Of a DNA stretch of 64,000 bases, positions 20,480-31,044 are shown one piece after another. Both the position numbers and the translations under genes were made by a program. A model generated the notes under the pieces. The model did not search any database, was not told the origin of the DNA, and saw only the letters and a list, made by a program, of their open reading frames with translations. The DNA is taken from positions 12,189 through 76,188 of the forward strand of contig MGQQ01000089.1 in the NCBI GenBank assembly GCA_001798855.1. The letters run 5' to 3'. The first letter of the stretch is position 1; each line of letters opens with the position of its first letter. This stretch comes from Deltaproteobacteria bacterium RBG_16_49_23. GTDB lineage: Bacteria > Desulfobacterota > BSN033 > UBA1163.

Positions 20480-21361
20480 ATGAAATTGAGCGGCGTTATG
20501 CCCCCTATCAGCACTCCTTTTCAAAAAGGAAATCTTGCCCTGGACAGGTTGAAAGAGAATTTTAACAGATGGAACAAGACCGGACTCTCCGGCTATCTTG
20601 TCCTGGGATCCAACGGAGAGGCAGTCTATTTAAACGAAAAAGAGAAGATGAAAGTCATGGAAGTCTCCAGGGAATCGATTCCCAAAACAAAGGTAATGAT
20701 CGTCGGAACAGGGACGGAATCGACACAGGAGACGATTCGTTTTACCCATCAGGCAGCAAAAGTTGGGGCCGATTTTGCTCTTGTCGTAACCCCTTGTTAC
20801 TTTAAGGGATCGATGAGACCCCAGGTCCTTTACGACCACTTCATCGCAGTTGCAGACTCCTCCAGAATCGGCATCCTCCTCTACAATGTCCCCCAATTTA
20901 CCGGGATCAATCTGGACTCTGAACTGGTAGCAAAATTATCCTTTCATCGCAATATCCTTGGAATCAAAGACAGCTCAGGAAACATCGGCCAGTTGAATGA
21001 AATCATCCACCTTTCCCGGAAAGGGTTTGCTGTCTTTGTGGGGTCGGCCCCTGTCTTCTACCCTGCTCTTTGTGTGGGAGCAACCGGAGGAATCCTGGCT
21101 GTGGCGAATGTGGCGCCGGAAGAATGTGTCAGAATTCAGAGCCTTTTCCATCAGGGTAAAATAGCCGAGGCAATGGCCTTGCAGAACCAATTGAATCCGC
21201 TTGCCAAAGCGGTGACGGTGAAATATGGGATTGGCGGCTTAAAGACGGCTATGGACCTTGCCGGTTACTTCGGTGGAGATCCGAGACTCCCATTAAAAAA
21301 ACCCGGAAAGGACGTTGAAGAGGAATTAAAACGGCTATGGCTCAACTTCAAAAAAGTCTGA
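20480..21361 (+). CDS. DapA-family aldolase, most similar to 4-hydroxy-2-oxoglutarate aldolase
   Basis: GSNGE (not GTTGE), VVTPCYFKGSM, YNVP, GIKDSSG. Confidence 0.8.
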   Translation: MKLSGVMPPISTPFQKGNLALDRLKENFNRWNKTGLSGYLVLGSNGEAVYLNEKEKMKVMEVSRESIPKTKVMIVGTGTESTQETIRFTHQAAKVGADFALVVTPCYFKGSMRPQVLYDHFIAVADSSRIGILLYNVPQFTGINLDSELVAKLSFHRNILGIKDSSGNIGQLNEIIHLSRKGFAVFVGSAPVFYPALCVGATGGILAVANVAPEECVRIQSLFHQGKIAEAMALQNQLNPLAKAVTVKYGIGGLKTAMDLAGYFGGDPRLPLKKPGKDVEEELKRLWLNFKKV

Positions 21362-21379
21362 AATGGCCTGGAGGACAGG

Positions 21380-22048
21380 CTAAAAATTTAAGAACAATTC
21401 CTGGGTCACTTCCTGACCCGGTTTTATGATAATAAAATCCTCATTCCACCATCCTCGAAGCATCTTCTCAAAAAATGCTAACGATCCTGCCATCTCTTCA
21501 TACCTGAGATGAAGAAACCGGGCGTTCTCCCTGGCATGTTCCCGATGGGTTTCTGATAAATCAGTCCCCACATCCACCAGGGCGATTCTCGTATAGTTCT
21601 TCAATTCCTCCTTGATCGCCCATTCCGCAGTCTCCTGACCGTAGCGTTGGCAGTATTCCTTGTAGATTCCAAGCGGAGATTTTCCTTCCTCTATCCATCC
21701 TTTGGTGAGATAGTAGGTTCCTGGCTCTTTTTTTTGTTCTTCCATATATCTGTTACAGGACCCGAGGAAAAGAGCGATGCAATCATGGACCTTTGGAATA
21801 ACCATGGGATGCCGGTTGGCCTTGACACCTAATATCCCGTTACTACAAAGTCCATAGCTTAAAATAATATAATCTAATTCCTGCTCTGCAGCCCTATCGA
21901 TCTCTTCCTGAATAATCGGCTTCATCTTTTGAGGAGTCCGATGAAGGGATTGTTCTAGAAAAACGAAAGAGATTCCGTTGGTCTGGAAACGGAGGATCTC
22001 ATCTTTCATGATGTTGCAGGCAATTACGAGGTATTTTGTGTTTGCCAT
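21380..22048 (-). CDS. DUF1638-family protein (corrinoid-system associated)
   Basis: IAC, LHRTP, YGLCSNG, DCIALFLG, YYLTKGW. Confidence 0.82.
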   Translation of the reverse strand: MANTKYLVIACNIMKDEILRFQTNGISFVFLEQSLHRTPQKMKPIIQEEIDRAAEQELDYIILSYGLCSNGILGVKANRHPMVIPKVHDCIALFLGSCNRYMEEQKKEPGTYYLTKGWIEEGKSPLGIYKEYCQRYGQETAEWAIKEELKNYTRIALVDVGTDLSETHREHARENARFLHLRYEEMAGSLAFFEKMLRGWWNEDFIIIKPGQEVTQELFLNF

Positions 22049-22081
22049 CTGCTATCAGCTATAAGCTACCTGCTAAGAAAT

Positions 22082-22888
22082 TTATTCCAATCTTCCTTCC
22101 CTAAATCCGGCAATATATTGCATACAGAATTCATCTTTTCCGGCGATCGTGAGGGCCGCTTTGAGCGCTCCGAAAAGCTGTTTGTCCGTTGGGTCTAAAA
22201 TAACGGAATCCAAACCACGGCCAATAGCGGCTACAAGAAAGGCCCGATTCACAAGCTTCCGGTTGGGCAGACCGTAAGACACATTGGTGAGACCGCAGGT
22301 CGTATGAACGCCTGGGAACTCTTTCATGATTGTCTCAATAGCATCCAACGTTGCTAACGCTGACCGGTCATCGGTCGCAAGAGGATAGACGAGGGGATCG
22401 ATGTACAGGTGATCCAGGGGAACACCCGAAGCTTCCACCTTTTTCACGAGTTGCCCGGCCATTTTCACCTTTGCTTCGGCTGTATCTGCGATAGAGTCCC
22501 CTGATTGACAGAGACCAATGACCTTTGCCTTGTGTTCAGCCACCAACGGGAGAATGCCTTCCAAACGGGAAGCTTCCAGGGTGATGGAATTAATCATAGG
22601 AGTTTTCTTCACCAACGGAATCATCGCTTTGATCACCGCCGGATCCGGACTGTCAATGGAGAGGGGAAGATCTACGGCTTCCTGGATGGTCTCAATAACC
22701 CACTGGAGATGCTTCGCCTCCTCACCGACAAAAGTCCCCGCATTGGCATCAATATAATCAGCGCCGGCCGCGGCCTGTATTTTTGCCTCATTCCGAATAA
22801 AAGCTGCATTCCTGGAGGAAATAGCATCGGCAATAGACTTTCGAGAAGCGTTGATTCGTTCACCGATGATCAGCATGGGGCCTTTCAC
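22082..22888 (-). CDS. Methyltetrahydrofolate:corrinoid methyltransferase (AcsE/MT2-like, pterin-binding)
   Basis: IIGERINASRK, PLSIDSPD, INSI, IDPLV, CGLTNVSYGLP. Confidence 0.9.
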   Translation of the reverse strand: MKGPMLIIGERINASRKSIADAISSRNAAFIRNEAKIQAAAGADYIDANAGTFVGEEAKHLQWVIETIQEAVDLPLSIDSPDPAVIKAMIPLVKKTPMINSITLEASRLEGILPLVAEHKAKVIGLCQSGDSIADTAEAKVKMAGQLVKKVEASGVPLDHLYIDPLVYPLATDDRSALATLDAIETIMKEFPGVHTTCGLTNVSYGLPNRKLVNRAFLVAAIGRGLDSVILDPTDKQLFGALKAALTIAGKDEFCMQYIAGFREGRLE

Positions 22889-23000
22889 AAAGTGAGTTAC
22901 AGGATCGCTCTACGCTTAAGGTTGGAGGAGCGCTTCGCTTGAGGTAAAATCTTTTACCTCTATCCTCAAGTTCTGCTGCGGCAGAACGATCCTCAAACCT

Positions 23001-24110
23001 CTAACGATTTTCACCTTTGTCCAATGGATACTTCCCGTATTTCTTGATGGCATGGGCCATCGCCCAGACATTTTCAGTCTTGCAATAATCTGTCAGGCTG
23101 TTCGCACTCGTGACGATATAGCCCCCTCCAGGTCCTGCCGCGGCAATCCTTTCCCTGACCTCCTTATCCACTTCATCTGGAGTCCCTAAGGTAAGGGTAT
23201 AATCGAGATCAATATTGCCCAGAATGCAAACCCGATTCCCATATCTTTCCTTTATTTGTTTGATGTCCATAGCGGAAGGCTGGATAGGGTGAAGACCGTT
23301 CATCCCCAATGTCAGCAGATCATCTAAAATGGGCAGGAGGTTTCCATCGCTATGGAAAACCCAGGGTTTCTTAATCGCCTGGGCCACAATTTTTTGGTAC
23401 GGGAGAAAAAATTCCTGGTACTGTTCACGACTCATCCAGGTTGATTTCGTATCGGCATGGTCATCATTAACCCAATAATAATCAAAATCCATCCGGTTCA
23501 GATGTTCCACCACTTTCGCCGACCATTCCGAAAACCTTCGATGAATCTCTTTGATCAGACCCGGGTTGTCATAAACATTATAGGCAAACTCCACAATGCC
23601 CATGCTCTCTAACATCGAAGCAGATCCCAAGCGGATTCTGGCAAAAACGGCGTAATCCCCTTTGAATTGGGCAATCCATTTAGACACCTGCTCGTAACGA
23701 GCCGGATGATCCGGATCAGGAAGATATTCTTCGAAGAGTTTTAATGAGTCATTGGAGGTGAGCAGGCCCCGCTTAACAAATGTCCGGCCTGTTTCGGGGA
23801 TGACCCCCATCTCTGCAATCCAGGGAGGGACAAAATCAAATGTGATTTTTTTCGGGTAATAATAACTCTCCTTAAAACCCACAGCAGCCTGCATGGCCTG
23901 GCCTGCAGTGGCTTGCCCCCCCATCGGGAAGTGATAACCGAAGCCGTCCATTCCGAGTTTATCGCAGAGCTGACCCGGAGTAAATTCGGTCGTCTCCATG
24001 ATCCTCGCCTGGAGCCCCTCCTCAATATCATTCTCTATCCATGGAACCCGGTCTGGAACCCCTCTTTTTAATGCGGTCAAAATCCTATCCCTCGGTTTCA
24101 TCCCCTTCAT
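23001..24110 (-). CDS. Uroporphyrinogen decarboxylase/MtaA-family protein (probable substrate-specific methyltransferase)
   Basis: PRDRILTAL...PDRVP, HSDGN, LHPIQP, GNID, GGGYIV, ENVWAM. Confidence 0.82.
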   Translation of the reverse strand: MKGMKPRDRILTALKRGVPDRVPWIENDIEEGLQARIMETTEFTPGQLCDKLGMDGFGYHFPMGGQATAGQAMQAAVGFKESYYYPKKITFDFVPPWIAEMGVIPETGRTFVKRGLLTSNDSLKLFEEYLPDPDHPARYEQVSKWIAQFKGDYAVFARIRLGSASMLESMGIVEFAYNVYDNPGLIKEIHRRFSEWSAKVVEHLNRMDFDYYWVNDDHADTKSTWMSREQYQEFFLPYQKIVAQAIKKPWVFHSDGNLLPILDDLLTLGMNGLHPIQPSAMDIKQIKERYGNRVCILGNIDLDYTLTLGTPDEVDKEVRERIAAAGPGGGYIVTSANSLTDYCKTENVWAMAHAIKKYGKYPLDKGENR

Positions 24111-24138
24111 AAATCCCTCCTCCTCAGGAGTTGACTCT

Positions 24139-24780
24139 TCAAATCAATGTATTACACTTGATCACCGCTGCGCGGGCATCCTTTCCATAAAAGTCCGCCC
24201 CGATTTGGTCCGCAAATTTCTGAGTAAGAGGCGCTCCTCCGACTCCTATCTTAACTTTCTCTCTTACCCCGGCCTTTTTAAAAGTCCAAATCGTTTCATC
24301 CATCATCGACATGGTTAAGGTAATGAGCGCAGACATCAGAACAAACTTGGGCTGATGTTGGTGAATGGCCTCGATAAATTTCTCCGGCGCGACATCAATT
24401 CCTAAATCGATCACCTCATAACCTGCGCCCTGGAGAACCATGGAGACAATGTTCTTCCCGACATCATGAATGTCGCCTTTGACGGACCCGATCACCACTT
24501 TGCCCTTGCCCAATGCCCCTTGCGCTGTAAGCATGGGACGGAGGATATCCAGGCCAATGTTCATCGCTCTTGCGGCAATCATCATCTCCGGCAGGAAGAT
24601 CTCGTTTCGAGAATATTGATCTCCCACCACATCCATGGCCGGAATCATGACATCATTCATGATCGCCTCAGGATTTAAACCATCGAACAAAAGTTTACGG
24701 ACCAATGGTTCGACCGCATCCCGTTTCCCTTTGATGATGGCTTGTTGAAGCTCCTCTTTCAGGGTTGTTATCTCAGGCAT
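24139..24780 (-). CDS. Corrinoid (B12-binding) protein
   Basis: GDIHDVGKNIV (DxHxxG), SAL, GGAP; start refined to MPEITT after GGAGG. Confidence 0.92.
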   Translation of the reverse strand: MPEITTLKEELQQAIIKGKRDAVEPLVRKLLFDGLNPEAIMNDVMIPAMDVVGDQYSRNEIFLPEMMIAARAMNIGLDILRPMLTAQGALGKGKVVIGSVKGDIHDVGKNIVSMVLQGAGYEVIDLGIDVAPEKFIEAIHQHQPKFVLMSALITLTMSMMDETIWTFKKAGVREKVKIGVGGAPLTQKFADQIGADFYGKDARAAVIKCNTLI

Positions 24781-24900
24781 ATTAGACCTCCCCAAGAAAT
24801 CCTCCCCACCCTTTTCTTCCCCTCTCCGAGCCAGAGGCTCTTCTGAGCCGGAGGCCTCGAGGGGGAAGGGTGAGGGAGGGGGGGATATCAATAATATTGG

Positions 24901-25611
24901 TTACGTTGCTCCTGCGACAATCTTCAGGACAGCTTTATCCTTCATCAGCCCTTCAGGTTTTCCCGAGAAGATGATCTCCCCTCTTTCAATGACATAAAGC
25001 CTGTCTGTAAAATCGGGAACATGATAAATGTTCGATTCAGCGAGGAGGATGGAGTGACCCATTTTAGCAATCTCATGGATACTCTCTGCGATCTGCGGGA
25101 TGATGGCCGGTGAGAGCCCTTCGAAGGATTCATCGAGCAATAGCATATGAGGATCCATGGCCAACGCTCTTGCGATCGAGAGCATTTTCCTCTCCCCACC
25201 ACTGATCTGTGTCCCCTTTCTCGCCTTATACCTCTCCAGGGGTGGAAATACAGAATAAGCGAGCCGGACCCTCTCTTCTGCGGAACGCGAGGTTTTTCGG
25301 GTCCAGGTCGCGATCTCAATATTTTCTAAGGTGGTTAAATCGGCAAATATTTCACTTTCTTCCGGAGCAAAGCCTATTCCCAAAAGAGCAATCTCGTGAG
25401 GAAAAAACTCGGTAATCTCTTTTCCCATGAACTTGATGCTGCCGGACTCGGGTTTAAGAAATCCCATAATGCTCCTGAGAGTAGTGGTCTTGCCTGCCCC
25501 ATTCCTTCCGATGAGACAGACGACTTCTTTCTCCCCCACCTCGATATTCACATTTTGCAGGATATGGCTGGCCTTGATAAAAACATTGATGTCTTTTAAT
25601 TCGAGCATCAT
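24901..25611 (-). CDS. Liv-type ABC transporter ATPase (LivF-like)
   Basis: GRNGAGKTT, ISGGE, LLLDE. Confidence 0.9.
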   Translation of the reverse strand: MMLELKDINVFIKASHILQNVNIEVGEKEVVCLIGRNGAGKTTTLRSIMGFLKPESGSIKFMGKEITEFFPHEIALLGIGFAPEESEIFADLTTLENIEIATWTRKTSRSAEERVRLAYSVFPPLERYKARKGTQISGGERKMLSIARALAMDPHMLLLDESFEGLSPAIIPQIAESIHEIAKMGHSILLAESNIYHVPDFTDRLYVIERGEIIFSGKPEGLMKDKAVLKIVAGAT

Positions 25612-26417
25612 GCTTTACCGCCCTTTCCGGTATGTTCATGCATCAGGGCGCTGAAAATCTTGAAACATTCCTTTTGCCCTAAGACGGTGCAAACCACTTC
25701 TTCATTCTTCTCGATTTCTCCCGGGGCGCTATCCGATAAGATCTTCCCCTGGTGTAAGGCGATGATGCGATCCGAAAAGGAGAAAACGATATCCATATCA
25801 TGCTCCACTTGAATGATCGATTTGATCCCGATCTTTTTCGAAGCCGATACAAGGGTTTCCATAATCTTGTTCTTATCGCTGGTGCTCACGCCACTCGTGG
25901 GTTCATCCAGCAAAATAACCTCGGGGTGAAGGGCAAAAGCGGAGGCGACATCGAGCATCTTTTTGTCGCCCTGAGGTAAATTCTTTGTTAGCACATCTCT
26001 CTTTCCAACTAATCCAAAGAGCATTGCCACCTCCAACGCCTCACTCGTCACCTTCTGGTCTCGGAGAAGTGAGGAGTAGAAGTTGGTTCCTTTCCCCAAT
26101 CGTGAAACCACAGCGACCATTAAGAACTCAAGGACGGTAAAATTTGGGAAAATATTGACCAGTTGAAAACTCCGGGCAACCCCCAGTTTTGAAAGCTTTT
26201 CAGGACCGATTCCGGTAATCTCTTTATCCTTGTAAAAAACTTTCCCCGTATTCGGTGTAAGCAATCCGGTCAAGACATTGATTAATGTGGTCTTGCCCGC
26301 CCCATTCGGTCCAATGATGGACACAAACTCCCCTTCATTAATCTTAAAGCTTACCCCATCCAGGGCACAGAACTCTCCATAATATTTACGAAGATCACTC
26401 GCAGAGAGAATCACCAT
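25608..26417 (-). CDS. Liv-type ABC transporter ATPase (LivG-like)
   Basis: GPNGAGKTT, ARSFQ, LLDEP, EHDM. Confidence 0.9.
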   Translation of the reverse strand: MVILSASDLRKYYGEFCALDGVSFKINEGEFVSIIGPNGAGKTTLINVLTGLLTPNTGKVFYKDKEITGIGPEKLSKLGVARSFQLVNIFPNFTVLEFLMVAVVSRLGKGTNFYSSLLRDQKVTSEALEVAMLFGLVGKRDVLTKNLPQGDKKMLDVASAFALHPEVILLDEPTSGVSTSDKNKIMETLVSASKKIGIKSIIQVEHDMDIVFSFSDRIIALHQGKILSDSAPGEIEKNEEVVCTVLGQKECFKIFSALMHEHTGKGGKA

Positions 26418-26427
26418 CTCTATCTCC

Positions 26428-27420
26428 TCATTCGCCGCCTTTCTCTTTTTTCACCAGAGAGCTGATCACTCCAGCAATACCACCCGGCGCAACGATAACG
26501 AGAAAGGCCAAAATGGCCCCAAAGATAAACCTCCAATAAGTCGTGAGAGACATAACCTTGTCTTGAAGGAAAATATAGACGACACCGCCGATCAAGGGGC
26601 CAAAAAAGTTTTCGAAACCTCCGAGGAGGGTCATAAACACGAGTGTTCCAGAGTGTGTCCAGTAAGTCAGCCCAGGATCCACTTGGCCGATGGCAGGAGC
26701 CAATAACGCTCCTCCGATCGCAGCATAGGCTCCGGATATAATAAAGGCATACCATCTGTATCTCTTTACGCTCACCCCCAGATATTCAGCTTTCTCAGGG
26801 TTGTCCCTGATCGCCTTCAGGCAGAGCCCGAACGGTGATGAGACGATCTTCCACATGACGAAGGTAAGGATCGCTAAAATAACAAGAGTATAGATATAAT
26901 AGCTTCTTGTGAGGTACTGCATTTTTGGAATCTCAGAAAGGTTAAACCCCAGGAGATAAGGCCTTAAAACTCGCATTCCTTCGTCGCCCCCGGTCAGATA
27001 ATAGAACTTCAGCAAGAACGTGTAGAAGAGCATCCCAAAGGCGAGGGTAAGCATTGCAAAGTAAATTTTGATGTATCGCACACAGATGGCCCCGATCAAT
27101 GCAGCCAGAATAGAAGAGATGATGACCGCAACAACAAGTATGACTTCCATATAAAGAATAGAAAATTTGCCTGTGAGGAAAGCGGCTGTATAAGCTCCAA
27201 TCGCCATAAAAAAAGCATGGCCAAAGGAGAGGAGGCCGGTGTATCCAAAGAGAAGATTAAGACCAAGCACCATGACGGCATAGGCGAAAAAAGTTAACAT
27301 TAGATAACTGACATATTGGCTGGCGAACAGGGGTAACCCTAAAAACAGTAGACCGACAACGATGAGGATCAATACTTTCGTGCTCTTGAGAGACAAGATC
27401 TCCTGCCATGGTTTCATCAA
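26428..27420 (-). CDS. Liv-type ABC permease (LivM-like)
   Basis: GYTGLLSFGHA, YFAMLTLAF, TGGDEG, AIRDN. Confidence 0.9.
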   Translation of the reverse strand: MMKPWQEILSLKSTKVLILIVVGLLFLGLPLFASQYVSYLMLTFFAYAVMVLGLNLLFGYTGLLSFGHAFFMAIGAYTAAFLTGKFSILYMEVILVVAVIISSILAALIGAICVRYIKIYFAMLTLAFGMLFYTFLLKFYYLTGGDEGMRVLRPYLLGFNLSEIPKMQYLTRSYYIYTLVILAILTFVMWKIVSSPFGLCLKAIRDNPEKAEYLGVSVKRYRWYAFIISGAYAAIGGALLAPAIGQVDPGLTYWTHSGTLVFMTLLGGFENFFGPLIGGVVYIFLQDKVMSLTTYWRFIFGAILAFLVIVAPGGIAGVISSLVKKEKGGE

Positions 27421-28301
27421 ACTTTACTCCCTCCGAATAACCCTTGCGGCTTAATCACTAGAACAGCAATCACGATGATATAGATGGTGAGCATTTCCAA
27501 TTCTGGATAAGTGGAAATGGCGACCGATTTTAACACGCCTACGATCAGAGCGCCGATAAAGGCTCCCTTCATGCTTCCGAGGCCGCCAATGACCACCACG
27601 GCAAAAGCTAACACGATAAGTTCTACACCCATTTCTGAAACAACCGCGGTGGCAGGAATCACCAGAGCGCCGCCAAGAGTTCCAAGCACCGTTCCGAGTG
27701 TGAAAACTTTAATGTAAACCATCTTCATATTGATCCCGAGGGCTTCACCCATCTCTTTTTTGTCCGCCGTCGCTCGAATAATCCTGCCGAACTTTGTGTT
27801 CAAAAGAATGTAACCGATCAGGGCGGCAATGATTAAGCTGCATAAGATGACAATGAGGTTGTAAACGGGTAACGTGGCCCCGAATAGATTGATCCGACCG
27901 TAAATCAGGTCAATTCCTCCTGTGGTTTGTGGGGAGGTTCCCCAAATAAACTTGATGACATCCTCGATCATCATTACGAGCGCAAAGGTTAATAGGAGTT
28001 GAAAAGTTTCATCCCGGTCGTAAACAAACTTGATCAGTCCTCGTTCGACAATAGGACCGATAAATCCCAGCAATAATCCAGCCCCAATCAATGGAACGAT
28101 AAAAAGTGGCTTGGGAAAACCTCCAGCAACAAAACTCTTTACTACCACGATGCCAAAATACGCCCCGAGGGCATAGAAGCTGCCACAGGCCAAATTAAAT
28201 ACTTTCTGGACACCGAAAACGACCTGAAGCCCTGCAGCAACTAAAAAAAGCGTCGAGGCATTAAAAACGCCGCTGAAAATTATACTGACAATGGTTTCCA
28301 T
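27417..28301 (-). CDS. Liv-type ABC permease (LivH-like)
   Basis: LVAAGL...FNLA, FAVVVIGGLGS, KPQGLFG. Confidence 0.9.
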   Translation of the reverse strand: METIVSIIFSGVFNASTLFLVAAGLQVVFGVQKVFNLACGSFYALGAYFGIVVVKSFVAGGFPKPLFIVPLIGAGLLLGFIGPIVERGLIKFVYDRDETFQLLLTFALVMMIEDVIKFIWGTSPQTTGGIDLIYGRINLFGATLPVYNLIVILCSLIIAALIGYILLNTKFGRIIRATADKKEMGEALGINMKMVYIKVFTLGTVLGTLGGALVIPATAVVSEMGVELIVLAFAVVVIGGLGSMKGAFIGALIVGVLKSVAISTYPELEMLTIYIIVIAVLVIKPQGLFGGSKV

Positions 28302-28363
28302 TCATTTGCCCCAAACAGCGAGGCGGCCTCAAGGTTTCTGAGGCCGCCCGATTCAAAATCTCT

Positions 28364-29659
28364 TTACGACTTCCAACCCTTAATCCATTCGTATAACTTT
28401 GTTTCCGCAGTGGGTTTAATGATCTGTGAAGGGGTGAGGACCTCCACCGGATCAATCGTCACAAAGTCATAGGGGTTCTTGTGAGTGGTAATCCCCATAA
28501 AAAAATTGCAGGTCATAATGTTGTCCTCCCTGTATCCGCGATATCCGGACAGAGAAGGAACCTGGATGCCGCTCAGGGCTTTTCCAACCTCTTCCTTGGT
28601 CGGCCATTTTCCCAAAATCGAATAACACTTCTCAACGGCCGTCTTGTAAGCCTGAAGGACAAAATAGGCGTGATCGCATTCATAGACAGGATATTCCTTA
28701 TATTTATCAAAGTACGTTTTTACAAATTTTGTAAGCAATGGCCAGGTGTCCGTCCATTTGAAATACATGCTGTTATATCCGAGGATGAGCCCTTCCGGAG
28801 TAAATTCTTTCTTGAGGGTATAGTGGACTCCGCCTCCTGTTGTAAAACAGCCTTTCGTGGTCTTGAAAAGGCCTACAGCCGCTGCCTGCTTCATTAAAAT
28901 GGGGACATCTCCTGACCAAAAACTGGTCATGATTAAATCCGGTTTCGCCTTTTTAAGGGCGGCGATGTGAGAAGTAAAATCTGTTTCGCCAAGCTTCGGC
29001 CATAGGGCCTCCACGGCCTTCACATTCGGATGGAAGTGTTTCAGGACGGCTTGAAAGGATTCCCAGCAATCTCGGCCATAGGAATAATCGTTATTGATGC
29101 CCGCGATGGTCTTGATCTTAGGAAAATACTTGGCTGTCAGGATCGCCCCTCCAATTGCTTCCGCTTCGTTATCGATGCTTTTAAAAGCAAATTTCGTCTT
29201 GGGCATGGTCTCTTCAACGCCTTTTTGGGTTGTGCCATCCCAGGCAAGCCACAATTGACCTAACTCCTCAGCCAGAGGACCAACGGCAAGTCCGTTTCCG
29301 GTAGACATGAGACCGACAATCACGTCAACCTTCTTCTCCAGGGTAAGTTTTTTAAATCTCTCTACGCACTCTTTGGCGGTCGTTTCCTCCTCCATGTGGA
29401 GCTCAACTTTCCTTCCTAAGATTCCGCCCGACGCATTGACCTCGTCTGCCCAGATCTGGGTCGTACGCCAGGCGGCTGTGCCGGGAACTCCGATCACACC
29501 CGTTAAACCGGGCATGACTCCAATCCTTATCGGCTCTGAAGGCGCCCCTTTTGCAGGTATGGTCTGCGCGCTTGCTCTGCCCTTGCCTGCAAGAATAACT
29601 CCTGCACCCAGGGCAGCCCCACCCACCAACTTCACAAATTCACGTCGGGTCTTTTCCAT
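28364..29659 (-). CDS. Liv-type ABC substrate-binding protein with Tat signal
   Basis: TRREFVK; VNASGGILGRKVE, DYSYG, PKLGETDF; start refined to MEKTRR. Confidence 0.88.
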   Translation of the reverse strand: MEKTRREFVKLVGGAALGAGVILAGKGRASAQTIPAKGAPSEPIRIGVMPGLTGVIGVPGTAAWRTTQIWADEVNASGGILGRKVELHMEEETTAKECVERFKKLTLEKKVDVIVGLMSTGNGLAVGPLAEELGQLWLAWDGTTQKGVEETMPKTKFAFKSIDNEAEAIGGAILTAKYFPKIKTIAGINNDYSYGRDCWESFQAVLKHFHPNVKAVEALWPKLGETDFTSHIAALKKAKPDLIMTSFWSGDVPILMKQAAAVGLFKTTKGCFTTGGGVHYTLKKEFTPEGLILGYNSMYFKWTDTWPLLTKFVKTYFDKYKEYPVYECDHAYFVLQAYKTAVEKCYSILGKWPTKEEVGKALSGIQVPSLSGYRGYREDNIMTCNFFMGITTHKNPYDFVTIDPVEVLTPSQIIKPTAETKLYEWIKGWKS

Positions 29660-29730
29660 ATCTTTCCTCCTTTTTAAAAAAGTTAGATGCCTCAAAATGA
29701 GTTATAAAGATTGACGGTGCCGAATTGCCT

Positions 29731-30897
29731 TTACAATGGCGATCCCATCGCCTCCAGAACGACCTCTGTAATATCCCTTACCTTCAATTTGATCTTATGC
29801 TTTCTTGCATAACCTGAGATGGTCCGGATGCACTGCTGGCAGGAAGTCACAACCTCCCCGGCTCCCGTTCTCTGAATCTCTTCGATCTTTCTCTGTGCAA
29901 TGGCAGCGGAGAGCGCCGGATCAATCATCTCAAGGTCTCCTCCTCCGCCGCAGCATACGCTCAACTGGCGGTTTCCCTCTAACTCAACCAGGTTCAATCC
30001 GGGGATTCGCTTTAAAATATTTCTGGGGGCGTCGAAAACTTTGCTGTTCCTCCCCAGATCGCAGGGATCATGATAGGTGACGGCTCTGTCAGCTCCATTC
30101 TGGAAAGTGATCTTCCCTTCTCCGATCAGCCTTTCTATGAATTGAGTCGAATGAAGCAGTTCAGCATTCGTTTGATACTTCTCCTTCCAGGTATGGAAGC
30201 AGGAGGGGCACGCAAAGACAACCGTTTCAGCTCCTATTTCCTTTACCTTCTCCTGATTGTGTTCGACCAGCTTCTGCATCTTCTCCTTCATGCCCGCCTG
30301 GATGAGTGGAAATCCGCAGCACCATTCCTCCCCTCCTAGAATGGTGAAGTCGACATCCGCCTTATGCAGAATCTGAACAAAGGTCTGCGGGATCTTATGG
30401 GCCATCGGGTAAAAAGCCGCCACACATCCCACAAAGTAGATCACTCTCGCTTTCTCCTTCTGGAACCTGTGATCCGGGATGTCTTCCAATTTCTCCATCC
30501 ACAGGGTGCGGTTAGCATTCGGCTCATTAGAAATATTGAAATGAGTTTCCAGCGCTTCGACCACCCGGTCAACCACCTTTGGGTATTGTTTCCGGTCAAC
30601 CAGACATTCCCGTCCTGCCAGAACAGCCTGATTGGTTTCGACCGCCGGGAAACAGGTCTGCGTGCAGAGCTTGCAGCCCGTGCACCGGAAGAGTGTCTCT
30701 TCAATTTCAGGTGTCCAGTCGATCTTGCCCTCTATGATCGCCTTCACAAGCACATTCTTTCCGCGGGGGGTGGCCCATTCCCTTCCTGTAACTGTATAAA
30801 CAGGACAGTGGGCCAGACAGAAGCCGCAATGGTTGCATTTGGCAACCTCGTCATAGAACAGGGTTTTGAGTTGTTCGGTCTTCATACTTAGCTCCAT
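29731..30897 (-). CDS. glcF: GlcF-like Fe-S/CCG subunit of glycolate/lactate dehydrogenase
   Basis: CNHCGFCLAHCP, CTGCKLC, two CCG motifs, YHDPCDLGR; follows glcD/glcE. Confidence 0.78.
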   Translation of the reverse strand: MELSMKTEQLKTLFYDEVAKCNHCGFCLAHCPVYTVTGREWATPRGKNVLVKAIIEGKIDWTPEIEETLFRCTGCKLCTQTCFPAVETNQAVLAGRECLVDRKQYPKVVDRVVEALETHFNISNEPNANRTLWMEKLEDIPDHRFQKEKARVIYFVGCVAAFYPMAHKIPQTFVQILHKADVDFTILGGEEWCCGFPLIQAGMKEKMQKLVEHNQEKVKEIGAETVVFACPSCFHTWKEKYQTNAELLHSTQFIERLIGEGKITFQNGADRAVTYHDPCDLGRNSKVFDAPRNILKRIPGLNLVELEGNRQLSVCCGGGGDLEMIDPALSAAIAQRKIEEIQRTGAGEVVTSCQQCIRTISGYARKHKIKLKVRDITEVVLEAMGSPL

Positions 30898-31044
30898 TTT
30901 CTTGAGAAACCATTGCAAAATTAGCCACGCCTTGGCGTGGCAAAATTAGCAATTAGCAATGATCTTGACTAATTCGACTTATTCACGTCTAATCTTTCAA
31001 TTGCTAACTGATAATTGTTAATTGACCAATTTGCATTGATCCTT

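Noticed and set aside
21380-24780. Pyrrolysine or selenocysteine recoding in the methyltransferase or Hdr genes
   Set aside because: ORFs appear full length with no in-frame TAG/TGA at conserved positions in the visible parts
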